Shown here piece by piece: positions 1 through 13,831 of a DNA stretch of 64,000 nucleotides. Each line of letters starts with the position of its first letter. Positions within the stretch are counted from its first letter, which is position 1. Under the pieces are notes generated by a model, which was given only the letters and a program-made list of their open reading frames with translations, had not been told where the DNA came from and ran no database searches. This DNA is from Lama guanicoe. Lineage: Eukaryota. The DNA is taken from the NCBI GenBank assembly GCA_013239625.1, contig MU054098.1, positions 2,915,104 through 2,979,103 of the forward strand, written 5' to 3'. The translations under genes were made by a program, and so were the position numbers.

Positions 1-228
1 CTCCCCCTACCCCAAGTTGCGTTCAGTTCCCCTGGCACAAGCAGAATGTTCTGCTGAGAATATCTATATAACGACAGACTTCCCCTTCACTAAGGACTCC
101 AAATTTCTTTGGGGGCTTAGGCTCTCTTACCTTTTGGTCCAGATCTCCAGCAGAATGCTCTTCAGGCAAGTACGCACTCAGTTAATTTTCCAGAAAGTTC
201 GCTGGGTGAGGTTTATACCTTTTGAGTC

Positions 229-246
229 TGCCACTAGATGCCGCCA
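229..246 (+). promoter_or_regulatory. CTCF-like motif
   Basis: TGCCACTAGATGCCGCCA, close to the CCACTAGATGGCGC core. Confidence 0.35.
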
Positions 247-1084
247 AATTCCAGCAAAGGATTGGCTGTTTGGTCCCTGGAATTATGGGATTCACCCCCC
301 ACCCCCTTTTCCTGATTTGCTGAACTGTCCAATCTATAGAGATCATATATATCTTTCATTGCTGGGGGAAAATCAAATTAACTTATGTTCATAGCCCTAC
401 CAAGCAGGGGACTATGTCCCTAGATTCAAATGTTTTGCCATGTTTCTTTACTTCTTAAAAAAAAAAAGCTCCCCTCCCCATCCCTCTCTTCTTTCTTCCT
501 TGACTTTTGGGGACGGGGGTCAGAATTGATGAATGACCCCAAGCACTGATCCTGATGAAGATCCTAACCCTTTCTGTGGGATCTTCTCTTCAAATGCTTC
601 CACTCACCCTCCTCACCCCCCAAAGGGAAAATAGAGATGGCTCTATAGTCAGTAAAGACATTTGTCTTTACTGGACTTGGACCCTGGTATTAAAAACTGA
701 TCTTCTTTTCCTCTTGAAATTATGATTAGCTATGGGTGTTTCCACCATGTTTTCTGTGCTAGTACTATTAAGCTTTATTATGTTTTTGTAGTCAGAGGCC
801 TAACTTTAAACCCCATTCCATCACTTACTAGTTCTGAGACCCTGGGATTTATGTTCTGTGATCCTCAGTTTTTGTGCATGCTTGCTATATTTTAGATGCT
901 GTGTCATATCTTTCACATGGATGTTCTTTTATTCTTCACAAAATCTATATTAGGTGGATACTGATAAATAAGTATCAAACAACAAAAGTTATCTCTCTTT
1001 CAGTTATCAATCTTATACATGTGTGCATGCAGGCACCTGTGTGCTCAGGAAACACACACACACACAGTAGGGCGGGATTTAGAG

Positions 1085-1278
1085 CAGTGGTTCTCAAAGT
1101 ATGTTTCCCAGGCACACCAATAGCATCATTATCACTTTTTGGGAAGTTGTCAGAAATTTAGATTCTCAGGCCTTACCTCCAAGCTAATTAATCAGAACGT
1201 CTAGGAGTAGGGTTTGGCTATCTGTGTTTGAACAAACTGTTCTGGTAATTTTAATGTACACTGAAGTTAAAAGCACTG
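1085..1278. mobile_element. MER5A-like hAT element
   Basis: cagtggttctcaaagt...aatcagaac...aagcactg terminal inverted repeats. Confidence 0.7.
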
Positions 1279-1310
1279 CTTTGGAAGGCAGAAATACAAT
1301 GCTTATTTTT

Positions 1311-1331
1311 GCACCCTCCACTAGAGGGTGC
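1311..1331 (+). promoter_or_regulatory. CTCF-like motif
   Basis: CCACTAGAGGGTGC core inside the inverted repeat GCACCCTC-CACTA-GAGGGTGC. Confidence 0.5.
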
Positions 1332-2157
1332 TACAGAATGTAAAGCAAAATAAAAGGTTTTGTTGCGACACCCTGCTTGATATCAGTCCCTTTTCAGAGG
1401 TTAAAAACTGTTGTGTAGAGGTGTCAATTATTGTCTCAGTGCATATAAAAGTACGAGAACCAGAACTGAGCTTTACCTGCCCCTCGAACCCAAGCCCTTG
1501 ACAGTACTCTGTTGTTCAGCTGCAGTAGCTTGTATTTCTGGGCCTCAAAATACATTACAGTACTTTGTTCCTTGCCTTGGGTAATGTTGACTAGAGCATT
1601 AAGAAGAAGACAGGGAAGCAAAGCAAATAAATGGAAATATTTTGATGACTTCATACCTTCCTTCATCTCCATTCTATAATAAGATATCACATAAAAGCCC
1701 ATAAGTGTTTCCTTTTCTGCTTTTGTATTTCCCAGATGCCTCCTCTACCCTGCAGTTATCTTTTAAAGTTTATGTCTAAACCTCTTATATGTTTGGGGAA
1801 GAAAAAGGGGGGTGAGGAAGCACAGTTGTTAAAAGCCACACTCTGTATAGCTCTAATCCATTAATCCCAACAATAAGCCGATAAATTAGGTGATAATATC
1901 CTCATTTTATAGGTGAGAAAAAAGTGAGTTCTAGAGACTATAATTATTTCTCTTAGTTATATAATTTGTAAGAAGTGGAGCCCAGGTAATTCCTGGTGTA
2001 TCTGGCAGTATATCCGTGCTAAACTTTCTACAGCTTGGTTTTGACTCTGGTTTAGTTATTTACTATTTATGTGACTTTCAGCAAGTTCTTTAATTTTTCT
2101 GAGCCTCAGTTTCACCATATATTAAATGGGAACAAATATTCCTGCTTCATAATCTTA

Positions 2158-2360
2158 GAGCTGCAGTGTCCAATACAGTAGCCAGTAGACATGTGGGTAT
2201 TTAAATTTGAATTAGTTAAATATAAGTAAAATTATGAATTTAGTTCTTCAAACTAATCACACTTCAAGGGCTCAGTAGCTACTCATGACTAGTGTTAGTA
2301 CCAAATTAGACAGCAACAGATACAGAACACTTCCATCACCATAGAGCATTCTACGGGGCA
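2158..2360. mobile_element. MER3/MER33-like hAT element
   Basis: gtccaatacagtagccagtagacatgtgg...agaacacttccatcaccatagagcattcta. Confidence 0.65.
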
Positions 2361-5300
2361 TATGTAGGGGATGTAGAAGGGCCTAGTATGGTAGATATTT
2401 CATGGCAGGTGCCCAGAAGTGATTTCCTCTGCTCTATTAGCATCAGAGCTTGTCATGTTCTGTTTATTGATGGGATCTGGAGAGGGGAGTCGCTTACCCA
2501 GTGTACTATATAACAGGGGATGTGTCTGACGTTGGGCCCCACATCTCCTGACCCTTGCTCCAATATTCTGTCTGCTAGACCCGTCCTTATGCTCTGCTGA
2601 GTGAGGTCCTAAGGCCAAGGGTGTGAATAATGTGACTTAACTTTGGAGTCAGGGTAGTAGCAGAAAAAAACTTAGGAGCTGAATGCCTGCTATGTGCCAG
2701 GCAGCCGTGTGCTCAGCTTTTTACTGCGATTATCTTAGTGACTCCTCACTGAAGCCCAGAGAAGTTAAATATTAACTCCAGGTTGCCAACTAGTAAACAG
2801 CAGAGCAAAGATTCAGATTTCTCTCTGACTCCAAAGCACATGTTTTTTCCCATTCTACCATGGTACCCTCTCAAATATGAATAATCGTCTCCTTCCACAT
2901 ATTAGTGAGATAAAGCTTGAGCAGATTCCTGACTCTTACTGGGCCCTCAGAAAATGTTAGTTACTCTCTTCCTGTTGATTTTACAGCGGAATCACTGTCT
3001 TTACCGTCTGCGACAACTGGAAGGGAAAGATCGCTTCAGTCAATGTTTGGCTTCAAGGCCCAAGGCCAGACAGAGACTATTTATGATCCCAGCCTTCAGG
3101 GAACAAAGAATGGCTCTAAGAACTCTGTGTTAATTTTCAAGGCTACCATTTGCTATTTATATGATGCCTTTGTGCTCACTAGAAACATGTGCCACCTGGG
3201 GGCAGACAAATTGCAGAGAAGTGTCCACTCTAGTGGACCCATGAGAAAAATTTTTTTCTTTCTCAGGGATGTTGGAGCTCCACCAGGGCCATTGAGGAAT
3301 GAATTTCAGCCTCCAATTGTTCCCTCTCAGTGGGGCACCCTTGTGCAGGGTGCAACCTGTCCTGTCCAACAGTATCTGCTGGCCTTGCTTGTCTCACTTC
3401 GTGCCTAAGATAGCCTCCTTAGGTCTGGAAGGCAGTGGTCAGTCTGTTCTTGAGGTTGGAGAGGGACACTGGTGTCTTCCCCCAGTGTCTGGATAGTAGG
3501 TGAAATTGCTCCATTCTAAGGTTAATTTAATATTTTTTATTTGGTTCTGACTAGCTTATTAGATGACTTTTAAAAGAGTGCTTGGTAAATTTAAAAGTTT
3601 AAAAAAAAAACCCTAATATTTCAAGGCTAAGTAAAATGGTATTTCTTTAATAGCAATGTTTTTTTCGGTCTGTGTATTTATACCTGCCTCATTCCAGTCT
3701 GGAGCCGTCAAGTTTGCTATGACAGACAGAGCCAACGATGGAAATAATCATGGGAAAATTTTACCCTTTTAGGGGTATCTGTTCTATTCTGGCTTCTCTC
3801 CTTTCCTGTCATCCAATTGACCCATCCATATGGCAGAAAGTGGTTACTTCAAATGACTGAGAACCAGAATTTAATCAGTGTAGTCCTTGAGTGACCTTGG
3901 GATGCTGGACTTGCACATAATCCCTTGGTTTCCCCTTCCTGAGTCACTAGCTTAGTGTGCGATTCACCGAAATGTGTGGTTTTGTGAACCACAGACTTTA
4001 CTTGGAATGATCATGTCAAGTCATCTGTGGTACATATCACCCAACAGAGATGAGGACTGATTCCCACTAGTGTACACTGACTCCTACCGTCTGAGCAGTG
4101 CCTCAAGGGGATCCCTTGAGCCCATTTTCAGAGGTAACTATGTTCATGCTTATAACGTGCACCCACAGCCCCCATTTGACTGGAAATGATAAAGGGTGTG
4201 TCCTTTTTTTTAATTGAAGTATAATTGATTTACAACGTTGTGTTAGTTTCTGGTGTAAAGCCACATCTTTTGAAAATTTCAGCTGCTCTATTAAAGAGGA
4301 CAAACCCATAGCACTTAAAGTGCTGTATCTTTAAATTGTTGAAGCTTAATGATGGGCACATGGAGGTTCATTATACTATGCTTCCTACTCTTGAGTGTTT
4401 TTTTTGAAGGTTTCTCTAATAAAACAGTGTAAAAAGACCAAAAAATAAAAATAAAAAGTGCTTCATCAGTCCTGAGAAGGGGAACAGACATGGGTTTCTC
4501 TTCAGAAGAATACTTATTAACCAAGGGGTTGGGTGGTAACTTTTAGTAGGGAGGTACCATGTAAAAGTCTGGGGAGGGGGTATTTTAGATCGAAAAAGCC
4601 TCTGTGCTGGCAATTCTGAGAAGGTCCCCTAGAAGGGGAGTCTCCTGGCCTGCCATCCCTCTCCACCAGACCCCTGAAGAAACACTGGTAAGCGAATCAT
4701 CTCCCTCGGGCGTTTGGGAGTGGGGAGAGGTTGGAAATCAGGAAACGGGCCTCAGCTGATTGCTGAAAACTGTTAGTCAGTAGGCAGAGAAACACAGGCA
4801 AAGAGAAACTGGGGCAAGAGACAGGACTTCATTCTCACCCCAGGTGAGTGCTGGAGCGGCCAATCTGCTAAGGAAAGAGGAGAGCAGGGAACAGAATATG
4901 TGGCAAAGAGGCCCTCACTTGGATCTCAAAGGATATTCTTTGAAGGTTCCTGGCCCCGTCTGATTTGCAGGTTTTAAAACAAGCGGAAAAGCCATCTGAA
5001 GGCCAAGATCACGCAAGCACACCCGCGAGCATCCTTGGTCGCTTGGAAAGGCAACCTCCATAAAGTACGCGTTGAAAACTGGGCGGTTGGGTTCTTCCTT
5101 GGTGTTTTCACTTCGACCCAGCAAACAACGGTGCTGGTACACTGCTGGGAGTAAGAAGATACGATTGGAGAGGGGGGGCATTGTTGGGAGTGTGGGGACC
5201 CCAGAGGACATGTTCTTTCAAGGCCCTGAGTTGAGGTGACATATTAGAGACGGGCCAGAAAAGAGACCAAGGGCAGTACCTAAAAGGTACAAAGCCGAGA

Positions 5301-5601
5301 TTCACCCAGCTGCTCCCAGGCCAGAGTTGTGGGTGGGATGTCAGTGAGACCCAGGCGGGTGCGGCCAGTTTTCAATAGAGCTGGTCTGTGAAACTTGGCT
5401 GAGAGCACAGAGGAAGATTGATGTTTGCTCCAGAGTGGGGCTGTCAGCTGTGCTCACCGCCTCACCATGGTCCCAGCTGTAAACAAAAGTCCTGGCCCTT
5501 CATGGCACTGCAGAGCAGTCCAGGCTGGCGTAAGTCTCTGAGGACAGCTAGACCATTTTCTCATCCTGGCTGACAACCAGAAGACAGAAGAAACAATAGA
5601 A

Positions 5602-5627
5602 GGTGGTGGTGGTGGTGGTGGTGGTGG
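5602..5627. repeat. (GGT)n microsatellite
   Basis: Direct read. Confidence 0.9.
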
Positions 5628-6189
5628 GAGAGGGGGCAGGATTGGAAGGGGGTGAGAAGCCGTGACTAGTAGGGGAAGGAGCTGTCCATTTCAAATCTTA
5701 GGTCTTCGGATGTAGGTAGCAGAAATCTTGTAGGGAAAGCAGATCTTTTCCTTGTCAGCTTCACAGATAATAGTGAATCACTGAAGGAGGCCTGCAAGGA
5801 CTCTAGTGCCTCATTCATTCATTCATTCATTCAGTGAGCACATTCATCACTGTGCTAGGTACCCTAGGTGTGGCAAAGTTGTGTTAGGCAGTTCATAAGT
5901 TTAAGCACCTTACAAGGAGTTTTGTGTGTAAAGTTAAGTAACAGTACTAGTGTATCTTTAAATGCCATGTGACAAACATGGAATAGGAGTTTAGAAGCAA
6001 GAGAAGCCATATCTGGGTGTGATCAGAGAAGGTGGGATTTGAGAGGGCCTTAGAAAGATAGACACGGTTTGATTAGAAGGAAAAGGCACCCAGCATTCCA
6101 GGTTGAGCCGCAAGTGTTAGCGAGAATGAGGACTGCTTTGGCTAAAGCAGCAGGTTACTGTGCCAGAGACTTGTCAAATCCTCACCCCC

Positions 6190-6797
6190 TCCAGCTCCTG
6201 ACCACAGCCAACCCCATCTTCAAGTCTCACTTGAAATGTCCCTTCCTCAGGGAGGGCTTCCTTGACCTCCAGGACCAGGGTAAGCACTCTTACTTTGTGT
6301 TCCCCTGTGGCACCCACTGCTTTCCCCTTTTTAAGATGCTGCCGTCTTCACCTGACATCCTACTCTTGTCTCCCTACCATCTGTTCCCCACACTGGGACT
6401 CAGAAAGTTCTTTGCCAGATGCAAATCTGTTACACTGCTTCCCTTTTTAAAACTCCCTTTGTTCTCTTGTGCCTCCCTTTTTATCCTTTCTGCTTGCCTC
6501 CCTCTGACTTTTCCTCATACCGTGAACAGCTCTGTCTCTGGGAAGCCTTCCATGATGTCCCTTCCTCCAACTTCTACCATAACCCAGTCAAGTCCTCTTC
6601 TTACATATTGCCATAATACTTCTACATTTTCTCCATTTTACTCTTCTCCAATAACTTAGTCCAAGTTTGTCTCCCTCATCAGAATATAAGCTTTCCGAGG
6701 GCAGGGGCTGTGTTTCTTCTTCACTGTGTTGCCTTTGTATTTATTACAGTGCCTGGCATATTGTGGTAGGTGCTCCACAAAAATTTATGAATGAATC
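6190..6797 (+). mobile_element. L2 3' fragment
   Basis: aagctttccgagggcagggg...cagtgcctggcata...tatgaatgaat. Confidence 0.6.
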
Positions 6798-6924
6798 CAA
6801 GGGGTATGAGGCAGTATTAGTAGCTGAAAGCCAGCTGAAGAGATTGTTCTCACATCTGTGGGCAAATGGAAACCTTTAAAGGTTTTAATTATAGGATAAA
6901 GAAATCACTGGACAGCACAGACCT

Positions 6925-7047
6925 TTTTGGGGGAGGAGGTAATTAGGTTTATTTGTTTGTTTTTATTTAGTGGAGGTATAGGGAATCAAACCCATGACCT
7001 CATGCATGCTAAGCATGCACTCTACCACTGAGCTACACCCTCCCCCC
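6925..7047 (-). mobile_element. tRNA-derived SINE (camelid Vic-1-like)
   Basis: Minus strand reads GGGGAGGGTGTAGCTCAGTGGTAGAGTGCATGCTTAGCATGCATGAGG with A/B boxes and an A-rich tail; imperfect flanking repeat cagcac(a/t)gac. Confidence 0.85.
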
Positions 7048-9761
7048 AGCACTGACTTTTGAAAGCAAACAGAACAAATAAAAGGTAATTCAAACAAACA
7101 ATACCCAGAGAATTCCAACCTCAGCTTACCATGAACCCCAGCCTCCCAATTATCTTGTGGACTCATGTTCCCTTTTTACGTGCTCACCCCACCACTCCCT
7201 TCTCCCCAAACAAGAAAACCTACTCATTGGTTCTTTAACCAGAGAGATTTGGCAGTAGAGCCAAATGCACTTACTTCCACATGTGCAGTTGTTCACTGGG
7301 CTGCCATTTATCGCCCATCTCCATTGTTTCCAACAGTGTGTTCTTAGTCACAGATGAAGAAGACCTGATTCCTGTGTTAAATGGGGCTCACAGTTGAGTG
7401 AACCCCTCATATGGATCACTCAGTTGATAGCTTCAGATTTCTGGTGAAGAGCTTTGCCTTACCTAGGCTCAATTTGGGAGATTGTTCAGGGCACTAAGCC
7501 TGCAAAGGACCTGAATCTCAGGGGTTGGCCCTCTATAAAGCTGGGGACTCAGTGAGACTCAAAGAATGGATGCTTATGCCAATCCACACCAGATTTTCAC
7601 CCTTCCATAAGGAGGCTAAATAGGGTGAAGAATGTCTGGAAGGGCATTCAGGCAGTAGCCATTTCTTAACCTTATGAGGCTGGACTCATAAGGCCAGTAG
7701 ACCTCCAAGGTACACCCCTTGAGTGAGCAGAGTGGAGGAACTGCAGGAATCACAAAAAAAGCAATTAGATTTCCCAGTAAAATTTAAGGAGCTGTCCTGC
7801 TCCCTGAAGGGGGCTGAAACAAAAATGTGGCTCCAAGAAACCTTCCAAGGACAATTAGAAAGCACCCACTCTCACCTGGGGTAGACATTAATGCCAGGGG
7901 ATGGTGTCTTTCATCTTAGATTTGGTTCCCAGGTGGTTAGGAAGATAGCGAATGGGGATGTCAGAGAGGCAGTGCACCCCTGCCCCTGGCCCCACCCTAA
8001 GGGAGAGTTAAAGGAAGCAGTGGATAGTCTTTTGTAGCTATAGTCTTAAGTGGTTATCTCTTGTTTGAGGGATAACATCAAACATGGTATTAGTGAAGCT
8101 TTGAAGATATAGTCATTAGTTTTTACCCTCTCTCTCCCCCTTGAATCATTTCCCCTGAATATGAATCCACCACCAGAATATCAGGGAGATATTACCTAAG
8201 TAGCAGATAGACATGAGTGAGATTACTTTCCATGACTCATTGCTCTACTCTGTTAGGTGGCCTTGTGTGAAGAACGTTCAGGCACCTGGGATTTGAAATT
8301 CCAAGAGATGGGACAGGAAAGGTTAACTCCAAAATCAGTGAAGGATATTTCAAATAAGGATAATGATGTGTTAGTGAGAAATCACATTATATCCTTCCTT
8401 AAAGGATCAAACTGAAGCTTAGGCTAGTCAAATGGGTGGTAATAGGTTATGTTTCTATTAGGGAAAGGGTAAAATGGTATAAAACTAGAATTCACAAATA
8501 AATTTACAAAGGAACCTTGGAGAACTGAACACCCTGAGTTTGTAGAATTTGGAGCTTGGCATGACCACTTTATACCTATACTATCATATTTGTTGCCAAG
8601 ATTTATTTGTGGTAGCCTCTTTCGATGGGGACTTTGGACATTGAATTTGGGTATCAGCCAACAGATTGGCATGCCAGAGGTTGGGGACTGAATGGTATCA
8701 CAGGGACAGTTTCCTCAGCTACAGATTACGTCTAGGTCTTGAATCTGCTGCAGTTTACGTGTCAGAGTAGTCTCAGAAGTGAGCCTCTGGAGCTAATAAA
8801 TTATGACACACTTTGATCCCTCACTTTCTATTCCATTCTTTCCCTTAACAGCTTCAACTAAGTTGAAAAAAAGAGTGGAAGTAGTTACACTTAGGGCTTG
8901 GGATTTGCTCAATCAGGCGCTCGGTGTCCCCATGTTATCTGATGAGCAGACAAGACAAAATGACCTGGGAGGGCCCTTCTATCTCTGTTGTGCCAGGATC
9001 TAGGATTCTAAGACATTGTGCTCCATTGACCCAGTTGCCTTATGGGAAATCCCATGAGAGATTAGTTTTCTAAAAGAGCCAATTGTTTGTTTCTCTGTGT
9101 GGGAATAGTGGTAAATGCAGTCAAGATAGCAAATGTGCTGCTGAGACCAAAGGTCCCAAGCATTCTTTCCCTTCTGATAGTCAGGGCTGTCTTTATAACA
9201 AAGATTCTCACTCCCTGAAGTAGTTAAGTTTTAGTGTTAAGTTGAGGAGTGATAAGACACATTAGTCAACAAGGCATTGTTAGTAAGTGTAAGGGGAGAG
9301 AGGCTGATAAGAATTCAGGACTTCTATAGTTTGATAATTTGAAGAGGAGCTTTAGAGTCAGAAAGATGCCCAATTGTTAGATTCCTTTGTCATGACTGCC
9401 CTTCTTTTTGACTTAGTCTCAAAACACAAAGTCTTTTTATACTATTATCCAAATAATACAGTTGTAACACCCATTGACCTGTTAAATGGATTACCTCTGC
9501 AGTTTTGTTTTTCAAAAATTTAAAAGCAGCAGTAAACTCTGTCCTCCCTGCCCCCGCCCCCTCCCACGTGAAATATTATGCTGGAGTAAATGCATCAGCT
9601 GCAAGTATAGTTGCTCTGACTGAACTGTGCATGTAGTGTGGGGAGAAGGAGAGAGGGAGGTGGCTGCCTGGTCTAGGGTGCCTTAAAGCTGACTTTAAAA
9701 ATTCTTTGCCCATGTGACCTACAAAGTAGAAGAAAAATATCTCCCGAGCAAGGGCACAACA

Positions 9762-9836
9762 GAATGGAGGTGCTGGGGTTTGAATCCATGACCTCATGTG
9801 TGCTAAGCATGTGCTCTACCACTGAGCTACATCCCC
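9762..9836 (-). mobile_element. Vic-1-like SINE (tRNA head, no tail)
   Basis: Same tRNA-like head as the other copies (ctctaccactgagctac). Confidence 0.75.
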
Positions 9837-10529
9837 ACCTCATGCACCTGTCTTTTTTAAAGTAACCTTTATGAAATAAAACAAATTTATTCCCTTAAAA
9901 AGACTAGTTATAGTGGTAACCAGTTGGGTTTTTTGGTGGGGGAGAGGGGGTGCAGAGGAGCAGGTTCTGGGAGTTAGGAGTGAAAGGAAATTTACTTTTT
10001 TTCCTATGCTTTTGTACTATTTTTCTCTTTTACCAGGCAAGCATGGCCTACTTAAAACAAATAAAGATGTAAAACAAAATAAAAGAGAAAATTAAATGTT
10101 GAAAAATTCCTTGCCCAGTAAATAAGACTTTGGACTAAGAAATAAGTAAACTGATAAATAGGGTTTTGGTTTTGCCCCTGTCACTTACTCTCTGTGAGAC
10201 TTGGGTAAGTCAGTTGGCCTCTCTGAGCCTCATTTCCACATCTGCATGAATACATGGTTATTTGCTTTGAGGATGATGTGCCACTTAAATGCTTTGAAAA
10301 GGAAGATTACAAGGATGCTTTTTACCTTAATAGCATAGTCCCTCGTGACACAACCCTTGCAAAGTCAGTACAGTTGGTGAGAACTGATGCTTCATTTGGG
10401 GGGTGGGGTTGAAAAAACATCTTTTTTAAAGAACTACAGTTGCTCACTACTTAAAAAGTTGTCTAGCAAAAACTCATTTATTTCATGCTATGAACTTGGT
10501 ATGGGGAATTCAAAGATAAGTACATTATA

Positions 10530-11890
10530 ATCCTTGACTTCAAACTCATATTTATGTATGAGAGAAACAAACAAAACACTATATTATCTTATAAGCAGAA
10601 ACATAGAGTTATGTACAGGGCATTACTGGAGAACCCAAATGTGGATGTTGGGGTGACAGGGGTTTGAGAAGGCATCACAAAAAATGTGATATCTGGTTAG
10701 AGTCTTGACAGATGAGTAGGGTTACTTCAGGTGGGAGAGGTCAGAGGAGGGCATTTAAAGGCTAGGGAGCAGCATGTGCAAAGGCATGGAGCTTTAGACA
10801 GGATGAGTTATTGGGTTCAGGGATCTGTGGTGGATCAGACTGGTCAAGTGCAGGGTGCATTTAGGGGAGTCGGGGGAGTGATGAGAGAAGAGGCTGGAGG
10901 CACTGGCAGGGGCCAGAGCAGAAAATCTCTTGGAGGTCAATTTAAAGAATGTGGACTTTTTCTGAAGACAATAGGGAACTATTGAAGGATTAAAAGCAAG
11001 GAAGAGTCCCCCAGAGTTTTCTGTTTTAGAAAGGTCAATCTGTCAATAATGTGGAGAATAGGAAATGATGCTGGAATCAAAAGCTGAACCAAGATGGGTC
11101 AGGGAGGAGACAGAAGGAGGGACAGATTTCAGAAGTATTTGGAAGGCAGACTCAACAGGACTTGATGATTGATTTGATCTGAGGGTTGTGGAAGAAGAGA
11201 TTGTCAAGGCTGACTCCCGGGTTTTTGGCTTAGGTGACTGGGTAGGTGGAAGTGCCACTCATGAAAACTGGGGAGAATGGAGGAGGAAGTCTGAAGGAAG
11301 TTGTGAGTTGCTTGGCTCCAGACATGTTGAGTTGGAGGTCCTTGTGGACATCCAGGTTGAAATGTTCAACAGAGAATTGGAAAATAAGACTAGAGCTGTG
11401 GAGAGTTTGAACTGAAGGTAGAAATTTGAGAATCATCCGCATACAGGTTATCACAGCCATGGAAACAGCTGAGAACAGCCAAGCAGTAGGCAGGCAACGA
11501 AGAGAGGTGAAAGCCAAAGGTGAAATCCTGGAGAATGAGAACACCAAGACGCTATTGCCAGAGGGGCGAGAGAAGAAACAAGAATGGGAATAAAAGTCAA
11601 GGGAGAAGACAATTTCAAAGAAAGTGTGACAGCTGTGACAAATGTTGCAGGAGGTAATGTAAGATTAGGACAGGAAAGTGTTGACTTGATATGGCGATGA
11701 AGAAGGCACTGTGAGGAACATGGGAAAAGCATTTTTGGGATGGAGTTAGGGAGAAGGCAGAGGATAGATTGCAGTCTGTCAAGGAGTAAATGGTAGTTAT
11801 GAGGTGTGCAAACATCTGATAATGACATCCCTTTTAAGAAACTTGATGGTGAATGGAAAGAGGGCAGTAAATCAATACCTAGAGAGAACT
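10530..11890 (-). mobile_element. L2 LINE fragment
   Basis: Purine-rich L2 antisense signatures: agcatgtgcaaaggcatggag, gactcccgggtttttggctt, ggacatccaggttgaaatgt. Confidence 0.7.
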
Positions 11891-12302
11891 TCAGGCTCAA
11901 ATGGAGGGTGTGTTTTATTTTTAATTTTCATTTTGAATGGGAGAGACTTTTCCTCTTTGCTCTCCTCTCGTTTTTACCTCTCCCCCTCCTCTTCCTCCCC
12001 CTCTTCTTCTTTCTCTCTCTCACTCTCCCCGCCCTTGCTCAATGAAAAAGCTATGGTTCTAAGAGATTCAGCTATTTGCCATGGTTACATAGTTTATAAG
12101 CATGTTGTATGCCAGCAGAAGAACCCAGTGACAGTGGAGAGACTGAAAAATATAAAAGGTGATTTTTCACTTGACCCTTTTTGTGAGTGTGGACCCTGCA
12201 AAATGAGACACACAAAATGGAAATCTGAAGTTCCAACCAGGCCCATGTGCTGAAAGTTTGACAGGTGTAGAAGAGACTACGATATTGTGGTCTGGTCATA
12301 TA

Positions 12303-12495
12303 ATAGCTAATCTTCATTGAGCAGTTACTATGGGCCAAGCACTCAGTTAAGCACTTTACCTACATTAACTCATTTAAGTCCCACAACAACCCTATGAGGT
12401 AGGTACTGTTATCACCTTCATTTAACAGACATGAAATTTGAATCACAGAAAGGTTCAATGATTTGCTCAAGGCCACATAGTTATTGTGTGCTGGA
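12303..12495 (-). mobile_element. MIR SINE
   Basis: ctcatttaagtcccacaacaaccctatgaggtaggtactgtta core. Confidence 0.75.
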
Positions 12496-13780
12496 TCTTC
12501 CAGAGCCTTCAAGTGACCCTTTAGAGGAGGAAACTGATGCTAAGGGAGGTGGAGTCATTCGTCCAAGAACCCATCTCTGGTGAGTGTTGGACTTGTAATG
12601 CAAACCCAGGCTCTGTCTGGTACCAAAGCCACGCTCTTAATCACTACATTGTCATAAATGGCAGCTATTAAAATAGAGAATTTGCTAGATCCAGCTTGGT
12701 AAGGCAAAACATTCCCTGAACTTAAGTAATGGTACAAATTGCCCTTATTCCAGGGAGCCGATAGTGAGGGCATGTACTTGCCTTGGAAATGCACCACATG
12801 GTATGATGCAGCCAGGGAATTTGTAGAAAGCCTCCTGGTGAAAGGAGAGACTGCAAAAAATAGAGCTACTCAAGTAGGGTGGCAATAGCTGAGTTCTCAC
12901 GTGAATTCTTCAGGTGGCTTTATGACAGCAGCCATGCTCTGTGAGCAAGAAAGCCCTTGGCTCAGATGTCCTTCCTCCTCCTGGCCTGAGATTTGATAAC
13001 AAGCTGTTCTGATGCCACTAATCCAAGCTTGTAGACTCTAAATGTTACTCTAGTTGTGAAGTATAATGAAGCAAGGAGTGTGAGGCTGGGAAGAACAACC
13101 TCGTTGCTGTCCCTTCAGGGATGACTGGCTTGCCAGTGGGAAGAGTGTGTGGAACAGGGAAAGGCAGATGGTTGTACTGCCAAAATCCCTGCCACAGTAC
13201 TCGCTGGTCGCTGCCAGAGTTTTCATTTGGTGATTGGTTTTTGAAATATAGCACGATACTAGTCTTTGTATTTGGAATATTATTAATGTTTAATCAGATT
13301 GGTATCATTTTTTATTCAACAATGCAACTTACCAGGCTTTGATGTCTTTGTAACTTTGGTTCTCTTATACCCAAGGACCAGCTTGGGTATGTGTATGCAT
13401 GCAGACTTTATCTGATTTTATAATTTGCCTTCCACATCTGTTTGTCTATGATCAATAGGTTAATGGAAAGCAAATGAATAGAAATGTGGTGTATAATAAA
13501 CCACAGAAGTCAGGCTTTCATTCCACATATACATACTGAGCATTGCTATGTACCAGGATCTGTGTGGGTTAAAAAAATTGTATAAGATGCAGTCCCTGCC
13601 CTCAAAGAGATTATTCTACAGTTCTTCCATTGAGCAGGTGATACTACTACCTGGTTTCCTAATCCCTTGGTGGTTCCCGTGTTTGGCTGATTTGTTTTTC
13701 ATCAGCCAAGCAGCCTGGGAAAATCTTTAATCCTAACATAGTGAGTTTGAACTTAAGATTTTGACAGCCAGGAATGACAA

Positions 13781-13831
<51 letters not shown>
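13781..13831. repeat. (GAT)17 microsatellite
   Basis: Direct read. Confidence 0.95.

Noticed and set aside
6069..6659. 196-aa ORF
   Set aside because: Starts at TTG and runs through L2-derived, pyrimidine-rich sequence.
6970..7045. tRNA gene call for the tRNA-like sequences (also near 9770, 43880, 47520, 47740)
   Set aside because: They are multiple diverged copies, most with A-rich tails and some with target-site duplications, so they are SINEs rather than tRNA genes.
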